Positions 54,865 through 64,000 of a stretch of DNA of 64,000 bases are shown here, piece after piece. The DNA comes from Nitrospirota bacterium (GTDB lineage Bacteria; Nitrospirota; Nitrospiria; Nitrospirales; NS-4). The DNA lies in NCBI GenBank assembly GCA_963788195.1, contig CAWBGA010000017.1, positions 32,001 to 96,000 on the forward strand, in the 5' to 3' direction. Under the pieces are notes generated by a model that was not told where the DNA came from, made no database searches, and worked only from the letters and a program-made list of their open reading frames with translations. Each line of letters starts with the position of its first letter. Within the stretch, counting starts at the first letter, position 1. A program made the translations under genes and the position numbers.

Positions 54865-56655
54865 CTATTCCGTTCCAGCAATCAGTGATACGGTCTTCGG
54901 AGCAGCGGCATGGGCCTTCTCTTTGCCGGTTTTCAGGGTCAGGATAATAGCGAAGCTGACAACGAGATAAAACGCCACGGTGATGCCGGTGATCATCCAA
55001 CTTGAATAGGCCAACGTCGGCGTGAAAGATTCGTTGGTAAAATCATACTGAAGGTTGAAGACATGGAAGTATTTTCTCGTCAATTCCCGGACGACCCCCA
55101 TGAGCCCCATCGTCCAGATGGCGCTGAACGCCAAAAATACGAGCACAAATTGAGAGATGAAATCGATCTTTCCCCACACGATCCTTCCCCGGCGCAAAGC
55201 CCGATTGTACAGAATGTAATTCACAACGGTGACAAAAACGAGCGTGAATGCCGCAGCGTTCTTAGCGGGCATCAGCGCCAGCATGTCCCACGAGACCGTT
55301 ACGAAACCCAGACTCAGTTCACCGTGGGGAAGACTGAGCGAGCCATCGTCCGGGGCCAGTGCCTGCGTGGCCACAAAGGCGTGGGGGGTCATCCAAATCG
55401 CGTTGCCGATAATCACCATGAGGAAGGCGACCTTTACCATTGTCTGCGAGGACACCGTCCAGGGAGTTATCTTTGCGATTACGAGCCACACGGCGACGTA
55501 GGCAGCGGGCGCGATCAATGACATGATGTCGGGGATCGGCCACTTGGTCCACATCAGCATGAAGACGAACGGCACGGTGATCATTAGCAACATCGTGGCC
55601 ACCGACATGCGTACCCGTTCGAGGCCTTCGATCCGCTTCATACTGAGCCAGATGTAGTAATTACTGGCCAGAAAGATCAGCCCCACCATCGCACCCTGCA
55701 TCTCAAAGAACATCGACAGCTGATCGGACATCATGTACGGACAGATCGAAGCATCATAATCACAAAGTTCATAGGCCAGAAGGTATCCGGCGAAGGGCAG
55801 GAGCAGCAACGCCCCGACGCCGATCATATTACCCACAAAACCAAACCAGTCGTAGAAGGCTCGTTCTTCATCGGTTTTAGAGGCCAGGTACATGTAGGCT
55901 GCGATTAGTCCGGCAATGAACCCGCCGAAGACTACATTGCCGACGGTTCGATGGATGTTCAGGGGCCACCAACTGTAGTTGTTCATCTTGTCCCACAGTG
56001 TCGCGGTGGTCTCGATATAGGTCCTGAGATCGAGCCCTTCGGCAGCCGACTTCACGGGCGTATTCATAAATGACGTGGGGCCGTCGATTACAAAGAGGGT
56101 CACGATCCCAACGATATTCAGCAGCACCCCCAGCGCGATATGACGCATCTTTTTGGGGCCTTGCAACGTGTCCCAGGTATACCAGTACAGGTAGAGGATG
56201 ATGGTCTCGGCGATGAACAACAGAGGATAGATGATCGCAAACACGGTGAAGAAGTGATTGACCAGCCAGATCGTGAACTGCCCGTACGTTGCGAGCAGCA
56301 CAAAAATGAAAAGTCCCCCCGTCAGGGCCGTCATACTATAAAGGATGACGGTGACCTTGGTGACCTCCTTGGCTAAACGCTCGTAGCGCCCGTCCCCACC
56401 CTTCCATCCCAGAATCTCACTGACCACGATGAAGATCGGGGCGCCGAGGATGAAGGCCGCAAAGAGAATATGCAACTGGGCGACAACCCAGACCGCCGCC
56501 CGGTTGCCGCCCAGGGGAAAACTATGCGCCTTGGGTTCCGGCAACTGAGCAGACACGGCTGCCGCCCCCAGCAACAGAAAACCCACGGCCATGAGAACCG
56601 TTCGCGAAATGCCGGTGGATGGCTTTCGTTCGGAAGGCGTTCGCCCTATCTTCAT
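54865..56655 (-). CDS. second cytochrome bd-type oxidase subunit I-like protein
   Basis: AQLHILFAAF, FIAET, NIHR, WMTPH; paralog of 49209-51023. Confidence 0.85.
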   Translation of the reverse strand: MKIGRTPSERKPSTGISRTVLMAVGFLLLGAAAVSAQLPEPKAHSFPLGGNRAAVWVVAQLHILFAAFILGAPIFIVVSEILGWKGGDGRYERLAKEVTKVTVILYSMTALTGGLFIFVLLATYGQFTIWLVNHFFTVFAIIYPLLFIAETIILYLYWYTWDTLQGPKKMRHIALGVLLNIVGIVTLFVIDGPTSFMNTPVKSAAEGLDLRTYIETTATLWDKMNNYSWWPLNIHRTVGNVVFGGFIAGLIAAYMYLASKTDEERAFYDWFGFVGNMIGVGALLLLPFAGYLLAYELCDYDASICPYMMSDQLSMFFEMQGAMVGLIFLASNYYIWLSMKRIEGLERVRMSVATMLLMITVPFVFMLMWTKWPIPDIMSLIAPAAYVAVWLVIAKITPWTVSSQTMVKVAFLMVIIGNAIWMTPHAFVATQALAPDDGSLSLPHGELSLGFVTVSWDMLALMPAKNAAAFTLVFVTVVNYILYNRALRRGRIVWGKIDFISQFVLVFLAFSAIWTMGLMGVVRELTRKYFHVFNLQYDFTNESFTPTLAYSSWMITGITVAFYLVVSFAIILTLKTGKEKAHAAAPKTVSLIAGTE

Positions 56656-56679
56656 GGTCGCCGCTCCCTCATCACAAAG

Positions 56680-57276
56680 TTACTTGCCGTTCTTCTTAGG
56701 CTCGGAAGGCTTGGGCGCGGGCTCTCCTGCCACCGGTTTGGGTTCACCCGGGGCCGGACCGGACGCGCCGGCTGGAGCAGCTTTGCCGATCTGATCGGCC
56801 TGGACCCATTGCTGTGTCCCCGGGTCCCATCCCAGACCCTTCAAGCCGAAGGTATGTTCGTAGGCCGCGACTTTCCACCGGTCTTCTTCGCTCAACTTGC
56901 TCTTCCAGGCCTTCATCTTGGTGTTGGGCACCCCTTCGGAAACCCGCCAGAGCCACACGCTATCCGAATAGAGCTTCATGCGCTCGGTCTTGCGAAAATC
57001 GCGAGCGCCGGCCTTGACCGGCTTGCCATCCTTGCCATGACACGAGGAACAATTCACGTCGATGTTCTTCACGCCTTCGAAGATCTCTTTGCCTTCGGCG
57101 AGGATCTTTTCGTCGGTCCACCACCCGGCCGGCATGTGTTTGTTCGCGTATTCGGCCGGTGCAGGCGGCGGCGGCGCGGTGCTTTCCTGTTCTTCTGCGC
57201 ATCCCGTCAGCAACACTCCCCCCGCTCCAATCAGCATGCAGAGCGTTATGACCTCGATATTAGATTTGATGTTCAT
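56680..57276 (-). CDS. c-type cytochrome lipoprotein
   Basis: Lipobox LTGC; CSSCH; GVPNTKM. Confidence 0.88.
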   Translation of the reverse strand: MNIKSNIEVITLCMLIGAGGVLLTGCAEEQESTAPPPPAPAEYANKHMPAGWWTDEKILAEGKEIFEGVKNIDVNCSSCHGKDGKPVKAGARDFRKTERMKLYSDSVWLWRVSEGVPNTKMKAWKSKLSEEDRWKVAAYEHTFGLKGLGWDPGTQQWVQADQIGKAAPAGASGPAPGEPKPVAGEPAPKPSEPKKNGK

Positions 57277-57321
57277 GAAATTCTGAGCTCCTTTTGAAGA
57301 CGCCGGTCTGTCTGAATACAG

Positions 57322-57882
57322 TCATGCTTTGGATCGCTTCTTTCCTCGCCGTTTAGCTCGATTCCCCTTCTTCCTTAGTCGCCACCAGACCATCGCCGCA
57401 ATCGCGGCAACGAGGCCCGTCCCGACAATGATATATCGCCGGAAGCTGTCGGCTTTCCGGGGGCCCCCTTCCGGGACAAGTCCGATATGCACCGTCGCCT
57501 GCCGTTCAGTCGTGAGATCAGTGGCGCTGTATGTCGCCCGCACCGTCTTCGCCTCTTCAAATCCAAGCTTCTCCTGAATGGCCGTGACCTGGACAGGATC
57601 CCCGGCATTGTCGTTATGCAGATGGAGGACGGCCTTATAGTATCCAGCCCCGTCGGTGTAGGTGGTGACGCCTTCAACCTTTTGGTCGCGCAGGTCTCGC
57701 ACATGCACTCGAGCATCTTTAACCGGTTTGCCCTGCTTGTCATAGACGTAACCGGATACCGTGAACCGGTGATCCGTTTCGTGCATGGCAAAGGCCATCC
57801 ACGGAGCACCAATGCCGAGGGTGAGAAGTCCGGTAAGACTTACAAAGACCGCCGCGAATTTTCGGAGCGGTCTTGGGTGCAT
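57322..57882 (-). CDS. exported carboxypeptidase-regulatory-like beta-sandwich protein with C-terminal TM
   Basis: Signal peptide, VSGYVYD..GKPV, TD..G.Y, C-terminal TM plus basic tail. Confidence 0.7.
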   Translation of the reverse strand: MHPRPLRKFAAVFVSLTGLLTLGIGAPWMAFAMHETDHRFTVSGYVYDKQGKPVKDARVHVRDLRDQKVEGVTTYTDGAGYYKAVLHLHNDNAGDPVQVTAIQEKLGFEEAKTVRATYSATDLTTERQATVHIGLVPEGGPRKADSFRRYIIVGTGLVAAIAAMVWWRLRKKGNRAKRRGKKRSKA

Positions 57883-58018
57883 TACCGTCCAACAAACCGA
57901 AAAACGCCGCCAAAGTTCGGCCTATCTAACATAGGCTCTGACCTTTGTCAATTAATTCTTCGGCTTTTGCGTGACTTGCGGATTGACACATATGCGTGGG
58001 TCATCTAGCCTCAACCCG

Positions 58019-58810
58019 GTGAAGAAAATCAAACGAAAAGCTGCCCGCCAGGAACTTAAGATTCCGACATTTTTGATAGGCTATGCCGCTCCCGAGGCGC
58101 TTCCGCCTGCTTTTCTCGCGGCCTGGTTTACGGAAGAGTATGGCGGACCCCTGCAGATCAATCTGTTGCCGGGCGAGAGCGATACGACCTTTGAAGCCCG
58201 TCATGGTCCCTGGGCAGCATTGGCAGACACCAACATGCCGTCTGAGATTGCCAATCCATGGCATGAGCGCCTTGGATGGGGTCACAGCCGGGCCGCCCAG
58301 GTTCTTCCAATTCGATCCACCAGTCGCGACAGTCGGGATATTATTCTTCATGTGACGCGCTTGGCTAGAGGTCTCACGATGCTCACAGGTGGCACTGCGC
58401 ATGATATCGCGACAGGGACGTATCTGAATCCGTCGGACTGGAGCAATTTTTCTTTAGGCGCCTTTCAGATCAACGACCACCTTCGGATCGAAGAAGTCAG
58501 CGGCCGTGAGGACAGCCGAGTCTGGTTCCACACGCGAGGCCTCGCAAAGTTCGGTCTCGAAGACATCGAGATCTACCGTCCGGTTGGACTTTCCGAGAGG
58601 CCGGTGATTGAGATCATGACGGAGATCGCCGAGAGTCTGATTGACCTGGGAAAGGCGCCGAACGTCGGGGAAACCCTGATCTTGAACACCGGTCAATCGG
58701 TTCGTATCATCCGCCATAGGACCGACCAGTCGTATGGTATTCGGTTGAACCTAAGGGAAATCGCGTGGGACGAAGAATCGACGCCCAGCTCCCGCGTTCA
58801 TCAGGGCTGA
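58019..58810 (+). CDS. hypothetical protein (HT.GL.KFG..D.E motif, DUF4026/DUF4261-like)
   Basis: WFHTRGLAKFGLEDIEI; probable start GTG 58019. Confidence 0.65.
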   Translation: MKKIKRKAARQELKIPTFLIGYAAPEALPPAFLAAWFTEEYGGPLQINLLPGESDTTFEARHGPWAALADTNMPSEIANPWHERLGWGHSRAAQVLPIRSTSRDSRDIILHVTRLARGLTMLTGGTAHDIATGTYLNPSDWSNFSLGAFQINDHLRIEEVSGREDSRVWFHTRGLAKFGLEDIEIYRPVGLSERPVIEIMTEIAESLIDLGKAPNVGETLILNTGQSVRIIRHRTDQSYGIRLNLREIAWDEESTPSSRVHQG

Positions 58811-61694
58811 GGATCCCGCGGCACCCTGACCGGCAGATTCACAGAGAACGTGGTGCCCTTGCCGACCTCGCTCTTCACTTCGATATATCCCCCGTGGGCC
58901 ACGATGATCCGCTGAGAGATGGGAAGGCCAAGCCCCGTGCCCTCCCGCTCTTTGCTCTCGTGTTTGGTCGTAAAGAATGGAACAAAGATTTTCTCCAGTG
59001 TATCCGCCGTTACGCCGCACCCTGAATCCGTGACCTCGATCTGGACCCATACGCCATCCGATTTCACCAAACGACGGGTCTTCGTGATCAACTGGCCGCC
59101 TCCGAGGGCCTCCATCGCATCGAGGGCGTTAATATTGAGGTTCGTCAGAACTTGGCGCATTTGCTGGCTATCGATCCACACGTTCGGCAGCCCCCCCGCC
59201 AACTCCGTGATGAGTGTGACTCCCTGGGTTTGGGCCCTGAACTCGATTGCACGCAGCGAGGAAGCAACCACGTCATTGAGGCTCTCCTTTTTGCGCTGCG
59301 GTTCATGGAGACGTGCGAACCCCAACACCTCTCCAGAGAGTCGCTCGATGCGGGCAGAATCATTCATCACGATCTTTCGAAATCCCTCCATGAATTCCGA
59401 ATCATCCTTCCGGAGGGGCACGAGTTCCAGGAACGTATTAATGGACACAAGCGGATTGCGAATCTCATGCGCAAACCCCCCGGCAATGGTCTCGAATGCG
59501 TGCGCGCGCTCATCGTGCTTTTCGCGGCGCTGTTCCTTTTTCTCCTGTTCATGGAAGGCCGCATTCGAAAAGGCGCTCGCGGCGCTCGCCGCGAGAATTG
59601 ACAGATTCTTCAGGTCATCTAGCGTGAACATGGCCCGATTAGGCTTTGGTCCCAGATTCACGAATCCCATCAGGCGGCCTTGATTTTGAAGGGGGAGACA
59701 CAGTTCGCATTCAAGTTGCTCAAGCGTTCTTATAATCCCTTTGCTGAAGGCGCCGAGCTTTTTGCCTCTGTTCTCGAGTTCCTCTTTTAGAATCGCCTGA
59801 CCCATCTCTTGGAGGTACTGGGGCAAGAGATGGTTCGACGTAACGATGACCTCTCTGAGGGCTGATTCATCAACGCCATGCGCCGCCTTGAGAATATATT
59901 CATCCTTCTCCTTGTCTAACAGAAACAAGGAAATTTTTGTGCTGCCCAACGCCCGCGCAAGAATGGCAATCGTCCTCTCCGTCAACGCCTTGAGATCCAA
60001 GATGCTTCTCATGGCGGTGCTGAAATCATTGAGAGCGTCGTATGCATTATGTTGCTGGGGAAATAACGCCTTTCCAACGACCTCTTCCATTCCTTTCCTG
60101 ATATTGACAACCACCTCGGCCAAGGCCGCAAGAATGGCCAGGAGCACTCCGGCCAGAACATAATACGGAGTACCCGTAAAGGCCCATACGACACCGAGGA
60201 TCACAAAGTACGATGGAATGAGAGCCAACGCTTGGGTGTATGACAGTACCTCGGTTCCAGGTCTCCAAGAACCCTCCCTAGGTTGATATGCCACCATGGC
60301 ATACATCCCAAGGCTGATCCACAGACCGACAAAGACGAACCCTATTGGATAGAATTGCGCGCCATAAGCTTGAGCGAAATCGACTGCGGCGAGTAATCCG
60401 ATCGCGAAGGCCCAGAACATATATTTGAGCCTTGCAGCCTCCAATAGACTCACGGCCTCCATGGTTTTAAAGCCGCGATACAGTTGCAGCAGCGAGGTAT
60501 CCATACACAATCAGAAGGTATCCAAGGAAGAGCGGGTGAATCGGGCCGGCTTTCGGATAAATACCCCACTCGTGCACATAACTGCCGCTGGTGAGGTAGT
60601 CTGTGGGAATCAAAATCAGGAATGCAGTGCTGATTGCGTAATTTGTGAAAATTCTTGACTCGGCAGAACGTCCCAATAACCTCACGCAGAAATGGTACAA
60701 AAGAGCCGGGATGAAAACGACCCCGGTATAGGCCATTTTCCCCCAAATAACAGCCTCAGCTTCTTGTCGAGCGGAAAACACCATGAACATGCTGAACAGC
60801 CATGCGCAGACGCCCGCACACAGCAGCGCAAAAGGGAAGTTCACGGCGTTGCGCGGGTTCTTGAGCGCGATCCAGAGGCCACAGCAGAAGACCACCGACG
60901 CGGCGAGCAATGGGGGGATTGCATAGGCCGTAGCCCGCTTACTGATCGCAACGGCAAGGAAGACGGGGCCCAGCACGGCTCCAAGCAGGAGAGCATAGGT
61001 AAGTCCTTTGTGCAGTACGACGGTGATGTCCATCAGCCGGTAGCGGGCGATGGCATACGTGGTAATGATCGGATACGCCATGATCCCGAAGTTTCCATAT
61101 GGATACAGATCGATCTGAAAGATTGGCAAGTAGTCGAGCGAGCCTGTGCCGTACGCTAAGGCGAATCCTATAAAGAAATACTTGAATTGATTTCGCTTTA
61201 TTCCAGAAGCGTCGCGATACAGCCTAAAGACTTGGTAATGGGCATAGATAACGAGCCATAGCCACCAGCAAAAATACACAGAAAATAAATGGGATCCCGG
61301 GAGAGCATAGTAAAAGGATGAAAAAACTAATCGGACGTCCCCAAAAAATAGTGATGAGAAAAGGATAAGCGGGAAAAATACTGATTCCGATTATGTAATT
61401 AACGAGAAGGAGCTTCTTTTGCGGTATCTCACAAAAAATGGTGACAAAGTGATAAAAGAAAATGGGTATCCAGACCACCCCGAACGCGAAAGCCACCCGC
61501 CAAGCTAGAAGTGCTCTATCCGGATCGTCTTCCAGGGCTATCCACATTCCCCCAAAGCCCCAGCTTGCGACAGAGGCAGTAAACAGAAACCAGATTCGAT
61601 ACAACGGGCTTGTCCGGTCCCTTGAGAGAACAAACAGTCCCATTGCAAGGGAGCTGACACCAGTCAACAGTCCAGATAGCGCAAACGCGTTCAT
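58801..61694 (-). CDS. sensor histidine kinase: two tandem 7TM sensor domains, GAF, HisKA, HATPase (frameshifts ~61375, ~60500)
   Basis: Three frames join into ~960 aa. H-box FAHEIRNPL, N-box NLNINALDAM, DSGCG, FFTTK, GTGLGL. Confidence 0.88.
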
Positions 61695-61918
61695 GCGTAC
61701 GGGAGCGCTCCCGAAATAGCAGATTCCCAGGATATATCAGATAGGATCGTGGCTGGAGCAGGCAATCTTACGCTGAGGAGACACATGAAGCCTTGCAAGA
61801 AATAATAGAACGATGTCGCGCGATCGGGCTGCGAGATGTACGAGCGTCGGACATTCAATAGCGCACGCGTGATAAGGGGGGGAGCGGTTCTACGACGTTC
61901 CTCCCCTACAGCATCAGG

Positions 61919-63217
61919 CTACACGACATGGATTTTTTCACGCTCCCGTTCACGCGAGGCGGAGCCATAGTAAGCATAGCATGCCACTAACGCGAGAAGG
62001 AGGTATTCCAGGCTGCGTTGGGCCGCATGGGTTACTTTCTGTTGCAGCTCCGGTGTGGTCGCGTGCATCTTCATGATCTCCAGGGCTTGGTACGGATGAA
62101 GGTCGTCATACGTGGAATGAGCTTCCATCCACATATAGGCCCGTTTGTCCAGGAAGACGCCATCCTGACCCTGATACTTCATAAACCCTTTAACCATGAT
62201 TGTGGCAATGCCCTGTGTGACGCCCTCAATCGCATAATTCGTTGCCGCCACGGCTTCGACGAAGGTTCCCCTGTTGGTGATCGACCACATCCAATGTGTG
62301 AGCGCCTCAACTTCAGGGATAATAGGCGTCGATAATACCTCTTCCTTGGAGACGCCGAATCCCCGGGCCATATCGATCCATTGATCCGCATGTCGCTTTT
62401 CGACTCGCAGGTTGTCGATCAGGAAGCCACGCGATTGCGGGTCCGTCGCTTTGGCCAAATACGTGGCCATGAATTGAGGGAATAGCTCGATGAAAGGGTA
62501 AAATTGAATGCTCCACCCCTTGACCTGGTCAAGAGACAAGGCGCCGCTGGATGTCTCCTGCACCAACTGGGAATCCCAAATAGCCTGCCTGTAGGATGCG
62601 AGAAAATGATCCATCTCCGATACCCAGGGAGGATCCGGAGTAAACTGTCGGTTTTTCTTTTTGGGTCGGGGCAGAGCCCGTTCAGGGCTTGTCGATGATG
62701 TCGTGTCATCGCTTACCTTGAGGCTCCGCACATGCGCGGCGGCCTCGAGCGCAAGGCTGTCCTTAGAAATATGGATGGAAAGAAATGATTGTCCCAAGCT
62801 CTCAACGTTGGCCATAAGCTCGGCGACTGCAGAGTTCAGCAGGCTACTCTCCCAATCCTTAAGAGCAGCAAACTTTATACCCGTCATGTAGCCGGTCGCT
62901 GTGGTATTAGGCCGGCAGTAAATGACTTGCCCCACCACGTGCAGCTGAGCCGCTCCACCAAAGCAACAGCGCAGCATTAGTGGGGTGCCAGGAACCAGGC
63001 GCACTTCCGACAAAAGCCGTACTCCGGCAGAGCTGATATCGTCGGTATGGCCTGGCACGCCTCCTTCCCATCGCTCGAGACGAAGGTCAATCTTGAGCAG
63101 CTTACGCAGATACGAGCGTCGTTCGATCCCAAAGTAGCGGTCCTTCGGCATCACTGGAGTCGGCTTCATTGGAATTTCTACAGGTGAAAGGCCCTCGGAC
63201 CTGTTTGTAGGGTCCAT
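61919..63217 (-). CDS. PilZ domain fused to UndA-like heme-oxygenase-like diiron enzyme
   Basis: PilZ RRSYLR and DISSAG; NLRVEKRHADQW, ALTHWMW, AATNYAIEG, AHSTYDDLHP. Confidence 0.88.
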   Translation of the reverse strand: MDPTNRSEGLSPVEIPMKPTPVMPKDRYFGIERRSYLRKLLKIDLRLERWEGGVPGHTDDISSAGVRLLSEVRLVPGTPLMLRCCFGGAAQLHVVGQVIYCRPNTTATGYMTGIKFAALKDWESSLLNSAVAELMANVESLGQSFLSIHISKDSLALEAAAHVRSLKVSDDTTSSTSPERALPRPKKKNRQFTPDPPWVSEMDHFLASYRQAIWDSQLVQETSSGALSLDQVKGWSIQFYPFIELFPQFMATYLAKATDPQSRGFLIDNLRVEKRHADQWIDMARGFGVSKEEVLSTPIIPEVEALTHWMWSITNRGTFVEAVAATNYAIEGVTQGIATIMVKGFMKYQGQDGVFLDKRAYMWMEAHSTYDDLHPYQALEIMKMHATTPELQQKVTHAAQRSLEYLLLALVACYAYYGSASREREREKIHVV

Positions 63218-63339
63218 GGTGCACCTCTTTCGCTAGTGGAGTGAACCGCAAGGGAAGACAAAAATGGCGGGGAAAATGCCCACTTGACGCGTCTCGCCAG
63301 TGTGACCGCCTTCGCGGCTCTGAAGATCGCCCGTACCCG

Positions 63340-63369
63340 AGTATATTCGCGTGAGTGTTCAGGTTGCAA
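63340..63369 (-). promoter_or_regulatory. possible sigma70 promoter for the PilZ-UndA-like gene
   Basis: Minus strand TTGCAA-18 nt-TATACT, ~120 nt upstream of the ATG, which has a GAGGT SD. Confidence 0.4.
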
Positions 63370-63748
63370 TAAAATTCGTAGGGAAATGGCACCAACCAAA
63401 AAGTCAAAGAGGCGCATAAAAATGAGCCAGGGGTCGGAATCACACCGTATCTTGTATGCTTTCTCGTATAAGGCCGTCAAGGTTACCACTATACGTAACA
63501 CTTGGCTTGGCCTCGATCACCATAAGGTCTAAGTATAGGAGGCCATAAGATCTAAGTATAGGGGGTCATAAGCTCTACGTATAATATCGTACTGGAACGA
63601 GGCAATGTGCGCGGACCCCATGAGGAAAAAGAGTCTGTCCGGGGCACCCTTGCTTCCTTTGCAAGGGGTCGAATGACTCCAGGCCACGGGAGAGCCGGGC
63701 AGGCCGCTTTCTTGATGGAGGCACGAGAAAGCCTAGAAACTGGAGAAA

Positions 63749-64000
63749 CTAGGACGTAACTGTCCTCATTTTTTCCGCGACCGGCTCGGGACCTTGATCG
63801 GGAGTGACGGGGAGGCCGAAAAGATGCGCATACGCAATACCCAGCACGCACCCGGCAAGCGCTGTTCCTAATCCCAGCCCAAGCATGGCGCCACTAACGA
63901 TTCCTACCATTCGCCCCATGTTCACAACGACCTTGCTTTCGGGGGGACCGAAGGGGAGATCACTTAAACTGACGTCCGGATAGTACACGCTCAGAACGGC
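63749..64000 (-). CDS. 3' part of a hypothetical membrane protein running off the window
   Basis: Frame is open to the window end; one hydrophobic segment. Confidence 0.4.
   Translation of the reverse strand, partial: AVLSVYYPDVSLSDLPFGPPESKVVVNMGRMVGIVSGAMLGLGLGTALAGCVLGIAYAHLFGLPVTPDQGPEPVAEKMRTVTS

Noticed and set aside
61919..62640. TenA thiamine salvage or PqqC assignment
   Set aside because: No pqq or thiamine-salvage context; the motifs match UndA as I recall it much more closely.
63218..63339. c-di-GMP riboswitch in the leader of the PilZ-UndA-like gene
   Set aside because: A small hairpin (CCGC-GAAG-GCGG) exists, but I cannot match the class I or II consensus by eye; needs an Infernal/Rfam scan.

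Overview
Mostly core-genome DNA from a bacterium whose gene content and order point to Nitrospirota/Nitrospirales (inference; it carries a Nitrospira-type cytochrome bd-like/Rieske-cytochrome b/cytochrome c respiratory cluster). Housekeeping genes are lnt, prfB (canonical +1 frameshift), lysS, lolE/lolD, trpFBA, lpxD, thiE, accBC, efp, aroQ, coaBC, rpoZ, gmk, yicC, nth, hflX, tsaD, clpC, nadK, an FNR-like oxidoreductase, fumC, gltA, HU, ligD and ubiA. Many genes, including essential ones, carry single frameshifts, so these are most likely uncorrected long-read errors. The best candidate for an undescribed system is at the right end (58.8-63.2 kb). There, a PilZ domain with intact c-di-GMP motifs is fused to a clear UndA-like diiron fatty-acid decarboxylase domain. 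Directly downstream on the same strand lies a ~960-aa histidine kinase with two tandem 7TM sensor domains, suggesting a possible c-di-GMP-gated alkene signal synthase/receptor pair. Other notable items: a 3-kb integrase-less islet bounded by a 44-bp duplication of the tRNA-Thr 3' half; a PEP-CTERM protein with four 29-aa Cys-containing repeats; a probable AUU start for hflX; a catalytically dead caspase-like lipoprotein; a CHASE2 cyclase/SH3/M48 triad; and several apparently leaderless genes.
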